A stretch of DNA of 64,000 bases, taken from Macrostomum hystrix. Lineage: Eukaryota > Animalia > Platyhelminthes. The position numbers were made by a program, and so were the translations under genes. The stretch lies in NCBI GenBank assembly GCA_950097015.1, contig CATNEN010000038.1, positions 11,904,001 through 11,968,000 on the forward strand, read 5' to 3'. The notes beneath the pieces are model-generated. The model was not told where the DNA came from and ran no database searches. It saw only the letters and a list, made by a program, of their open reading frames with translations. Below, one piece after another: positions 49,681 through 61,071 of this stretch (positions are counted from its first letter, which is position 1; every line of letters begins with the position of its first letter).

Positions 49681-52296
49681 TTAAATAGAAAATATTCTTT
49701 GAAACCAAGACGCATTGTAACTAACGGAGTCCGCGTCGCTTCCGAGTGTCTCAAGTGGCGCTGCTGGTGGTTTGGGTGGCAGCGAGACGTGCAACTGCAG
49801 CAACTCCGAATTCTTCTCAGCGTTTGATGGCTTCTGATCAGAGGATCCAGGTTCGTAGATGTCACGTGGTCTGTTTTCCGAGAAATCATTGCTGGCTGAC
49901 GGCTTCGGGTGTACTTTTACACTGCCTATTTGCAGCCGGAGAGCTGACAGGTAGCCCAGCTGTAGGAGAAGCTCAATTATTTCTAGCAGTGTAATTATGG
50001 AGACGCCAACCCAGAGACCTGGTCAATTGAGTTCAGTTTTTACATACCTGCTAAAGTTGCTAAGCAAATAAAGTTTGGAGTCTACTTTAAACAAGGCTAG
50101 ACGCTTCGAGTACGTTTTTTTACTGCTTAACGATACAAAAACTTTTTAATACCTCTAGACTAGTAATTAGGACCCAACCTAAAAGCGGTGGTTTCTACGA
50201 TTGGGATCAGTTGCTGAAATCTGTCACATTTTCTCTCCTTACACACGCTGTTTCTGCTTTGCTTCTACAGTCAGAAAACAAACATACAAATGGCTTCCTA
50301 ATTCATAAATAAAAAGAGAATACTCAGAAATGTGAATAAGCTCACCGAGAATGCCTCCGAGATCTGAGAATAAGTTGCGCAATGGATAGGCCCAAAACTC
50401 GGTGGATACTGTGGTGCTTGTAGCCAGAGGATGCAGGTCTAGCACGCTGATGTACTTGTTGGTGATCATATAGGCCGAGTAGTTGTAAAGGAGCTGCAAT
50501 CGAACATCAGATAGATCAGTGCCTGCGATTTCAGATCCAATGGCCGTGGCGTAGCTTTTCAGCGCAGACGAGGCCAGGGCGGATTCTCGCGGCCAAGAAG
50601 CCAGGCTGGTGGCCACCCGATAGCGGGTGTTGCTACAGCGAACTGCGCACTGCTTGGCTAACACACCCTGCGTCTCATGACGATGCCGCACACGGTGATA
50701 GCAGGTGACGAGCCCGGCAACTCGGCTGTACACACGCCAGTTGGACAGCAGGTAGCTTGCTAGGGTCACCTTAGCCCAACTGCTATTTGTGATAATGTAT
50801 TCCGTAATGTTGAACTCGTTTTTTCGGTAGTAGATATCGCGAAAAAACAACTATAACCAATTAGATAAAGGAAAATAAGAGATGTTAGCGAAATTTTAAT
50901 TTTAGCGCTGTGACTACATATTTGAAACTCAAATTGTTTCACCTCCTCTGGCAGCTGGTGGCACACTCCGGTGTCGTTCATGAGGTCGCTGGGCAGCGCC
51001 AGGTGTGTCCCCAAGCAGCCGCAGGTGTTCTTGAAATCCTCCTGCATGATTCGCGTCACGCAGTCCTGGGTGCTGCCGAAGAAGCTCTGCTTTACAAAAT
51101 CAGAAGGTCGCGAGAAATCCACTGTGTAGGTCACATTCGGCAGACTGTTACTGCAGGGGGCCGCAATGCGGTCGACTTTCTTGTCAACTTGAACGGTCAC
51201 CTGGGCGGAGGTTTTGTAGCCGAATGGTGCGATAAAACCGGACTCCATGACCGGCTTGAATCCTGTGTTAAAAGGGTACATGCAGGCTCTTTTGCTAGGT
51301 TACTAGGTAATATTCAGTAGGTTTCATTCTCGCGAACACCTTCCAAGCCAACCAACCTTCTTCATGCAGAGCTACCCGGAAACCGGGCACATTATCAATC
51401 TGTTCTTCCTCCGTTAGGAAAGCGATTCCATAGTTAAACAGCACTAGGTAGAGTCCGTTGCCTTCCCCGGATCGGACGAGTGTCCGATTTGTTGGATTGA
51501 AGGACATGCATAGGAACCTCAAATGTGAGTTGAGTTTAATCATGTATTGGCACTGCTGGAACAAACGAAATGCAGCGTTTTTATCTAACCTTCCCTCATC
51601 CTTGTAGAGCGTGAAGTTTTTAAAGGAACAGAGCTCCGAGTTGTAGCGACAATAGATGACAGTCTCGTACGGCTGCTGGAAGAGCACCTGGCGGTAGGCC
51701 AGGTAGCGCAGTGCCAGTTTGCCGTCCTGGTAGGAGCCGTAGGCCTCCCCTGGCATCGGCACATTCCAGTCTGGCTGCTGAAGCATGTGGTACATTCGCG
51801 GTATGTCGTAGATCATGTCGTGCATGTCTCTAGGATGGCCTATTTGCGGTTTTGTTTTATGAAACTTTATATAAGCTGTAAACTTAAATGATTTCAAAGT
51901 TGTCATTTTCCTAGATATCTGAATAAGCGTTTAAGACTCACCGCTGATTGAATAATTACTATCGATGGACGGGGTATTGTATGTGATAAAGTTGGTCGGA
52001 CAGATGGTCACAGTCGGGAACTGAAAGTCGGCACCCTCGTTGGAGAACTCTGTGCTCACCGGGTAGCTCAGGTAGCGCTGCACTAGCTCTCCCAGGTGCA
52101 GTGAGAACCCGACACAGGCGCCCACAATGGCCAGGCCCCAGACCAAACGGCGAAGTCCGGAGCCCTGCGACAGACGCACAAGGCCATGCGCTGTGGTCTG
52201 CTGTGCGAATGAGATCAGCGCCTTCTCGCGAAGCTCACGCAGCAGGGACTCGGGCTGCTGCTGCTGCTGCTGCTGGTCACATTGTTCAAGAGCCAT
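49681..52296 (-). CDS. DEG/ENaC channel subunit D, 642 aa, most divergent paralog
   Basis: Exons 52296-51942, 51839-51590, 51517-51357, 51262-50943, 50850-50346, 50018-49681 (1929 nt); FAQQTTAHG, FPTVTICPTN, SDLGGILGLWVGVSIITLLE; ends ..WFQRIFSI*. Confidence 0.93.
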
Positions 52297-52959
52297 TTCA
52301 TACCATTCTAACTATTTCCAGCAGTTCTAATATTGTAGTTCAAACTAAACGCAAACGTAGAGTCATTCCAAATTCATTCAATTACATTTTGCCTACATTT
52401 ATTGATTTTCTGCTTGTATGCTCAGCAGCTCTCAGGATACAGAGGTTTTATTCCCATATTTTAGAGGAAGAAAATGGAGCCGCCAGTAGTGTCCAATTAA
52501 CAATTAGTTTACAATCGTGCAACAGATCGCTATTCTAGCAGCACAAAAACCGCTGACCAGGGGCTTGGGTGAGCTGGGCCATTGTTAAGTCGCTTTTGCC
52601 CAATGCAGGCCTGCGTCGGAATACTAAATGAATGAATATGGTATAGTTGAAACTTTTTGAGGCTACCGCGCTGAGTATCAATTTATTAATGCTGTCAACT
52701 AATTCAGATAATAAGAGGCCGCTGGCATAACCCAAACGCATGGCCTTTTGTTTACACAAAGTATTTTTGCCTAAAAACGTATTGCTGCGTAAAGGCTTCG
52801 GAACAGGGAGGTTAATTGGAGGCCAGTAAACACTGCTTCAGGGATTCTGGCACAGTATCAAAATTAACGCCCTTATATATACATTCTGCCATATATCACT
52901 CTGCTCGCACTTTCTAAATGTTAAACTCCTAAAATTTAAAGGGTTTAGGAGGGTTTTTT

Positions 52960-53185
52960 ATAGCATATAGCGGCAACGAGCGTCAGAATCACAACTTGGA
53001 GGCCGAGGGATCGATTCTCGACTACTCTGGAACTATTTGCGTCCTTTTAGATGGACACTAAACGATCTACATTTCCCAGCTCATTAGTTCCAGCTAAGTA
53101 GTTACCCTGTAGTAATTACCCACTTGTAGTCCTTGGCTGCACACCTGACCTAATTGTGGCGGATGATTTAAATTATCATTTAAAT
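52960..53185 (+). mobile_element. Decayed SINE family A copy
   Basis: GCGTCAGAATCACAACTTGGAGG..TCGATTCTCGACT..GCGTCCTTT..GGCTGCACACCTGACCTAATTG. Confidence 0.65.
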
Positions 53186-54624
53186 TATCAAAATATAATA
53201 ATAGTTTTTTGATCCCTGTAAACATACATTAACAAACCATTGTGTGACGCAGAGACATGCGTCAAGATGTGGATATTATTTCATGTCATTTCGATCAAGT
53301 ATGTGGTCACAGCACCCATTTGTTCAATGTCAATGGTATGACGAAAGCGGCAAAGAAGCACAGAAAGCACACTTTAAATGAGAATTTTTGAAAACGCAAT
53401 TGACTAATTTGTGTGTTGAGGCGTCATTTTGTAGCTGGGACATGGGTCAAGCAGTTGTAGTCGTAATCTGGTGAAATAAATTGATAGTTTCAAGGCAAAA
53501 AGGGATCAAAAGACGCATCCAAAAAATCTCCGAAGCTCATTTTAAAAGTTTCTACAGTAGGCCTAGCCAATCATTGGCGAAACAATTCGAATATTTTTTA
53601 ATGCATAGTTTGGCTTTGGCGTCAGAGTCTGGCATACACTCTGGCTCGAGAGTGCGTGTTTTTGTTTTAATCTTCGCCCAAATTGACAAATTTCGATGTC
53701 GGAATTTATTTCTGTCTCAGAAAACCCATAGGTAGGCCCTAACATGTAGAATTTGCTATATTTTACCATACAGCGACTAACAAGCATTCTTTCTTACACT
53801 TTTTTGTGAATGTATGCGCTCGATAAATGTAGGGACTCGTAGCGAGTCGTTATGCTGCGCTGTGACTTTAGTTTGACCAAATCATTATCGCTTATTTTAT
53901 GTGAATAGCGCAACAAGTTAGGCATATGTATATATCCATGTGGCACAAATATTGCTGCAGTTGGTTATGCAGCTGTGGTCGAAAGTATTGACGAACTTTC
54001 TCTTACTTTTATTAAAAATAATATAAATGGAAAATACCTATGCACTTGGCTACTTTTATTTCAACATATGAAATGACATATTTTTTTGTTATAGGCCTAT
54101 CTATCCTATTTCTAGATTTGCTTAGTTAGGCCTATTATTAAACAAATATTGTTAGTTTATATAATAATTATATTTAAATTTATTTTATAATATTATAATT
54201 AAACTATAATTAGTTTTAATTTATTAATTTTCTGCTGGTGAACAAAACTGACTATTAGCATTATAGTTGCTAGAGACCATTAAAACTATATTTTAATTAC
54301 AACTGGCCAATACTGTTTGTTTATAGGGCAATTCCATATAGGCCTGGCCTATGTATAACTTAGACAAACTAAACACAAAAAGTTATTTGTTTTTACATTA
54401 GGCCTACTTGCCTAGGGCTAGGCCTAACTAGCTATTGTCCATTTCTTTTAATTATTTAGCCTTCTCTGACTTAGGCCTATGTCATTAGTTTCAAAGCAAG
54501 ATTTTAGACTAGGCCCTACTGTAGGCCTACTGTATAAAATTAGTTATTTTTTACATGTAATAGATTTTGATTACAGATTTTTATATGCCCTATTTAACTT
54601 TGACTTTATGCTCTTGTTTTTAGT

Positions 54625-54952
54625 CAGGTTGTAGCCTTGTGGTTACAGTGTTGGACTTACAACTTGAAGGTCAATGCTAAAGGGTTTGATTCCTGACTCC
54701 ATTGAAACAATTTGTGTTCTTTGGCTAGATATTTAACTCTGTATTGTTACAGTTCACCCAGCTGTTAAATGGGTACCAGCATTAGCTAGGGTAAATGAGG
54801 GTTGGTATGGCATCCCCCAGAGTCCATAGACTGCAAAGCTATACATAACCCTTGGATGCACTATGCAATAGCAGTAGCTGTGCTGTTGGCTGCATAGTTA
54901 TCCCAAATATTGGGGCAAGTATAATCAATTATTATTTATTATTTTTATTATT
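54625..54952 (+). mobile_element. SINE family A copy with no CpGs left
   Basis: Colinear with 3646-3962; CG is replaced mostly by TG/CA. Confidence 0.88.
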
Positions 54953-55873
54953 ACTTCCTGCCAGCTTAGATTGACAGTGTAGATGTCTGTACAATCTCTA
55001 ACAACTCTGTGAGCTGCTGCCAATTTCTCACTGGGGTGGCCTTTCTCACAAAGTGATTCTAATAGTGGCACTTGTTAAAGGTTTTTCACCACAGGACTTG
55101 TATAAGGTCAATGCTGGCAAAGGGTGCCAATTAGTGGCCAATTTCTGAGGTCTTGCTAGAGACATTGCTGGCCTTCACTAAGAGTATTTGATTGCTAGAG
55201 CTATAGCTGTGGATGAGCTTCAGTTGTTGCTTGTACCAGAGACATTTATAAAGTGTTGCTAGCTTACTCAGAGCTCTGGATGTGCTCAAGCACCATTGAC
55301 CTGTGGTTACTATTCATCAACATCATCTGGATCAGATCATCTAGTAATCTAGTAATATATCTGGTAATTGTTGTATTATGATTAGCTTTATTTTTAAAGT
55401 GTCAATTCAAACAGACTGATCCAATTGAGCAATGCAAGCACACGAAACTCAAGAAAATTTGCCAAATTTTTGTTGCACATCGTGTAGGCACATTCGGTTA
55501 ACATGCTTTTAAAGTTTGAAGGCCTGGCAAGGCCACACTGAGGCGCAGTGCAAATTAGTTTATAGAGGTGTAATGAAATACATGCTCTAGCTTTTATGGG
55601 AAATTCAGACCTTTGGCCAGAACCATTGAATATCTCGATGGTCTGAAAGGCGCAACAAAAAGTTGGCCCAATGTTCTTGAGATTCGTGTCCTTGCGTTAC
55701 TCCGTTCAGGTGCAGCAAAAAAGTTTTAGTGTGGGGGAATCCCCCCTTGGTGTAAAACGGGCGGCAAAATGGCTTGCTAGTCCTACCGCTAACTTGGTAA
55801 TCCTTTTTTACATGGAAATCAATGTTACTAATGTAATCTGCAAAAAGTGAGCTTTTTTATTGATTTATTTCAG

Positions 55874-58800
55874 ATCCCAACTGAGCAATCTGATCAAGTC
55901 CCAGCCGCTAATTCCAATGCGGCTGATGGCCAAACAACTGCACAGCAGCAACAGCAGCAGCAGCGGTTGGAGCCGCACGAAGAGGTGCTGCCAGACGAGT
56001 CTGCTGCCCTCACAGAGCAGCAGCGCAGCCGCATGATGCGCTATAAAAATTCTGGCCTAAACGCTGAGGAATTGCGCCGACGCAGGGAGGAGGTCGGCGC
56101 CCAACTGCGGCGTCAGCGGCACGACGAGCAGGTGAGGCGGTTTTAGCTTGCATCGCAAAAACTGTATTTTAAACACTATGCATTTTTTAATGCTAAAATT
56201 GCCATAGACTAAAAAACAATATCGGCTTCTTCGTCTATCATTTCTAACTTTCTAGCTCAAACCGTCGCGGTACAGCTCGCTTGTAACTTTAGCACCCTCA
56301 AGCTAGGCCTACCCCTACGCGATTCTTCGAGGCATTAAAATGGTGAAACAGAGCGGGAGGTTGTTGTGGACTTCTTTAGGAAAGTCAGCTTTAGAGTACT
56401 TGAGCCACTTACAGGACATTTAATAGGATGAAGCTTTGTCCCGAAGTCAAGTTTATTACATCGTCGATCAACTGCGCTCCGGCTATGATGGCTCAGACGG
56501 CCGCGGCCAGAACCGGAAGCCGACTGTACGGACCCCAGGCAACATTGCGACTGTAGCGAAGCTGATTGAGGAAGACAGACGAGGAGGCAGAGGTGTATTG
56601 AGAGAGCTGGAGACTATGTTGAAAAGAAACAGCGTTTTTGTAAGCGGAAGTTTTATATTTAAATCAGCGTTGAGTCCTATTTTCAATAGGAAATTGAAAA
56701 TTTCCTATCAATTGTCAATTGATAGGACAATTGACAATTGTCCTATTGTCCTATAGGACAATATAGGACAATGTTTGACTCAAAAATTCCCGAAACTTAT
56801 GCGTATTGAGAATGGTCTTCAAACTTATTTCTTGAATCTTCGGTAGCTCCTAGACTCGGACTGCTGAATTAGAGGTCGTGGGTTCTTTTCCGAATCTGAT
56901 GGATGCCACCAGATGGATTGAATCACCAATATTATTGAAGCAGTATCGATTCGCCTCGGCGATAGCGTGATATTTTTTACTAATTTTGGGTACCAGCATT
57001 AGCTGGGGGTAATTGACGGTGTTTTGTGGCCCACCCAGTCCATGGACTGAACAGTCGTACGCAGCCTTCAGATGCTGCTGTTGTGCTGTCGGCTGCACAT
57101 CTCGCTTGAGTGGGGCAGGTGTAATCAATTTTTTATTATAAATGGTAAAACATTACCTTGGTGATTTACATCACCCACCCAGGTTTATAAGCGTCGCAGC
57201 CTTCTGCCGCAGTCTCTCTTGCCATTCAGCGAAGTGGCTGCAGATGAAGCTTCGGGCAGAGCGGCTGAATCCGCGGACGCAGTCACGCGCATGGAGGAGT
57301 GCAGCTCGGGCTCTGACGCAGCCGCCGCCCCGTCTGTGTTACCCAAGTCGAAGGCGGACTCTCCACCACCCACTTCGGATGAGCTGTCTGAGCTCATTCC
57401 TCACTTGTCCGCGGCTAGCTGGGAGACACGCCTAGAGACAACGCGGCGGATTCGGCACCTGCTCTGTCGGGTTAACGACCCGCCGGTTGGTGAGTGAGCG
57501 ACTAATGATTGGTGGGATTATGTGTTAATTTTTTACTTGGTAATCATTTCTAGGAAATGTGAGGGGTCGAGGGGCAGAGCAGTTAACGCGTTTGCCTCTC
57601 GCGCCAATGTCCTTGAGCTCGATTCCGCGGCGAGGCCACATTTATTTGGGGCGCAGCCGCGGAGAGAAGGCTTGGGGGCTTGTCATGTAATTTGCGCCCT
57701 TGAGGTCCAATCTCCAAGGTACAGTAAAAGTGTACACTGCCTGACGATGAGAAAGCGTGAGCGTGTGCCTGCGTACGGTACCTGTGTGCGTGTGTGCTCA
57801 GGAGTCAGCGAAATGGGAAGATTTGCCTCCTCGCTAGCTGCGGGTCTGTCATTAATGATGTGCTATTGCGTGCAGCCCTCCTGCAATTATAATGATGAAG
57901 ATTATTATCCTACTTGTCTGAGAAACTGTGCTGAAGTCCACCCGCCACCCGCTCAGACGAACTGCTTCATGCCGGCGCCCTTCCGTGGCTCGTGGCGGGC
58001 CTGTCCGAATTCGACCGTCCCGCTCTGCAGTTTGAATCTGCCTGGGCGCTCACCAATGTGGCCTCCGGTCATAGTCAGCACTCGCTTGCCGCAGCCGAAG
58101 CGCCCGGAGCACTGACCGCCCTAGTGACGATCGTCAACAACTGGGAGCGCCAGCCAGCCCAGCTTACTGAACAGGCGGCCTGGGCTCTGGCAAATATTGC
58201 CGGAGATTCGGCCGCTACAAGAGACGCCGTGCTGGCCGCTGGTGCCGTGGAGCCGCTGACGCGAGCTGTGGAGGCCGCCGCACAGCACACCAGTGGCGAC
58301 GGACTGATCCGGGTCGGGGCCTGGTGCCTGGCCAACCTGTGTCGCAGCGGGCACGGCAGGTGAGCTCATCTTGAAGTGCTCAAATTCTAGCCAAGTCTCC
58401 GCGCAATAATGTTTTTTATAAACATTGATATAATTGATTTTAAGCTTATGACAGTATAGTATCGACTCGATTCCATTGTTCAAAATAATTCAGATTTATT
58501 TGTTAAACCAAATATTTAGAAACGACTGATACCCTATCTTTAGAATCGTCCCAAACACAATCTTTAGAATCGTCCCAAACACAATCTTTAGAATCGCCCC
58601 AAACACAATCTTTAGAATCGTCCCGAACACAATCTTTAAAATCGTCCCAAACACAATCTTTAGAATCGTCCCAAACACAATCTTTAAAATCGTCCCAAAC
58701 ACAATCTTTAGAATCGTCCCAAACACAATCTTTAGAATCGCCCCAAACACAATCTTTAGAATCGTCCCGAACACAATCTTTAGAATCGTCCCGAACACAA

Positions 58801-61071
58801 TCTTTAGAATCGTCCCAAACACAATCTTTAGAATCGCCCCAAACACAATCTTTAGAATCGTCCCGAACACAATCTTTAGAATCGTCCCGAACACAATCTT
58901 TAGAATCGTCCCAAACACAATCTTTAGAATCGCCCCAAACACAATCTTTAGAATCGTCCCGAACACAATCTTTAAAATCGTCTCAAACACAATCTTTAGA
59001 ATCGTCCCAAACACAATCTTTAGAATCGTCCTAAACACAATCTTTAGAAATCGTCCTAAACACAATCTTTAAAATTGTCCCGAACGCAATCTTTAGAATC
59101 GTCCCAAACACAATCTTTAGAATCGCCCCAAACACAATCTTTAGAATCTTCCCGAAGCCAAATCGTTCAAATCTTTCGCAAAGCACCTCCAGACACGGTG
59201 GCATGGCCGCTCCGCCGCTGGCCACCCTGCAGCCTTGCCTGCCACTCCTGGCGCGCCTGGCATTCCACAGCGAGCCGGACATTCTTTCCGACGCCTGCTG
59301 GGCTCTGGCCTACGTGTCCGACGGCGATAACAATCGGGTGCAGGCTGTCATCGACACTGGCGTCTGTCGACGTCTTGTAGCCCTCATTCGGCATCCTCAG
59401 CAGGCGGTTGCCCGGCCGGCTCTGAGGGCAGTCGGCAACCTTGTCACGGGGGACGATATTCAGACTCAGGTGAGTAGCATGCGTCACTTTAGCACCACAG
59501 CCACTTTGTTGCAAGACGATTATAGTCAATTTGCCTACAGACGATTCCAAATATGTTTGGGACGATTCTGAAGATTTAGTTTGGGACGATTCTAAGATTT
59601 TGTTTGGAAATATTCTAAGACCAGGAACGTATCCAAATATTTCGCAAATTATTCTGATAAGAAGTATTTGATGGTTTTAAAGATTTCTTCGGACTGTTCA
59701 TTATAACATCCTAGCAGCTTTCTGCGACTGTCTAAGCATTGTACTAAACTGTGCTCACCGAAGGTGCTACTCAACAGCCAGCTGCTTCCGGCCCTCTCCG
59801 ACCTCCTGTCTGCTGACGGACCGGCCTGGGCACGCAAAGACGCGTGCTGGGTTGTTTCCAACGTGGCCGCTGGCAACCGCAGCCAGATCCAGGCGCTGCT
59901 GGACTGCAGCCTCGCACGGCCGTTGCTGGACGCATTGCGCAACGCCGAGTTTGGCACACGCAAGGAAGCTGCCTGGTTTGTGGCCAACGCTGCCTCCGGT
60001 GGCTCGCCTGAGCAGGTTAGTCTATCGAGCTTATCTGGAATTAATCACTCCTGACACCTCATTAACTCACTCCTGACACCTCATGAACTCACTCCTGACA
60101 CCTCATTAACTCACTCCTGACACCTCATGAACTCACTCCTGACACCTCATGAACTCACTCCTGACACCTCATGAACTCACTCCTGACACCTCATCAACTC
60201 ACTCCTAACACCTCATTAACTCAGTACTGGCACCTCATTAACTCACTACTGACACCTCATCAACTCACTCCTGACACCTCATCAACTCACTCCTGACACC
60301 TCATCAACTCACTCCTGACACCTCATGAACTCACTCCTGACACCTCATCAACTCACTCCTAACACCTCATCAACTCACTCCTGACACCTCATCAACTCAC
60401 TCCTGACACCTCATTAACTCAGTACTGGCACCTCATCAACTCACTTTTGACACCTCATCAACTCACTCCTGACACCTCATCAACTACCTAATCAACTCAC
60501 TCCTGACACCTCATCAACTACCTAATCAACTCACTCCTGACACCTCATCAACTACCTAATCAACTCACTTCTGACACCTCATCAACTCACTCACTCTGAC
60601 ACCTCACAGGTGAACTACCTGGTCTCCTGCGGCTGTCTTCAGCCAGTGTGCGACCTGCTGAGCCTGCCAGACAATCGCATTGTGGATGTTGCGCTGACCG
60701 CCTTGGAGGCGGTTCTTCGCTCTGGCGCCGCGCTGGCTTCGGCTTCGGGCTCCAGCCGCAATCCGTTCGCCCACCTCGTCGAAGAGTGCTCCGGCCTGGA
60801 ACGCCTCGAGTACCTGCTCAGCAACGAGAACGACCGGGTCTACAGGCGCGCTCATCAAATTGTTGAGCGATACCTGTCATCGAATGGCGACGAGGACCAC
60901 AATGAGCACGATGAGCATCATGCGCGTGACGAGGAGCAGCACAGACCGCTTCAGCTGACAACTGGCTCCTCAGCGACTAGCAGTGCCGTCACCGGCGACA
61001 GCGTCTCGATGCCGACAGCGGCATTCCAGTTCCAGGAGCCCACGGCCAGTGCAGCTGGCTTTCATTTCTAA
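55874..61071 (+). CDS. KPNA: Importin subunit alpha (karyopherin alpha), most like the alpha-1 group (KPNA1/5/6)
   Basis: Exons 55874-56131, 57183-57489, 57957-58359, 59193-59469, 59764-60015, 60610-61071, all in frame. IBB: [32 protein letters not shown] motifs [55 protein letters not shown]. Start is either ATG 56033 or in an unidentified upstream exon. Confidence 0.93.
56340..56583 (+). mobile_element. Mariner-type transposase N-terminal (HTH) remnant in an importin intron
   Basis: [48 protein letters not shown] resembles the mariner consensus ALSRTQV..F+SG..D..RSGRP..T.ENI..V..LI.EDRR. Confidence 0.6.
56987..57142 (+). mobile_element. SINE family A, 3' half
   Basis: GGGTACCAGCATTAGCTGGG..GGACTGAACAG..GGGGCAGGTGTAATCAATT. 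Confidence 0.85.
57561..57908 (+). mobile_element. SINE family B in an importin intron
   Basis: Same body as the other B copies. Confidence 0.85.
58536..59152. repeat. 24-bp intronic minisatellite (AATCTTTAGAATCGTCCCAAACAC)n, ~25 units
   Basis: Directly visible; source of the ILKIVFGT pseudo-ORF. Confidence 0.96.
59541..59619. repeat. ~3 inverted copies of the same 24-bp unit in the next intron
   Basis: GTTTGGGACGATTCT(G/A)A occurs twice, plus degenerate flanking units; it is the reverse complement of the upstream array unit. Confidence 0.85.
60046..60606. repeat. 22-bp intronic minisatellite (CACTCCTGACACCTCATCAACT)n
   Basis: Fills the last importin intron up to the acceptor. Confidence 0.96.

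Noticed and set aside
55430-55781. Possible Helitron-like insertion ending GCTTGCTAG|T, sharing CTCCGTTCAGG(C/T)G with 31293
   Set aside because: No convincing 3' hairpin or 5' TC boundary found.
58496-59065. 189-aa [11 protein letters not shown]
   Set aside because: Antisense reading of an intronic 24-bp minisatellite.
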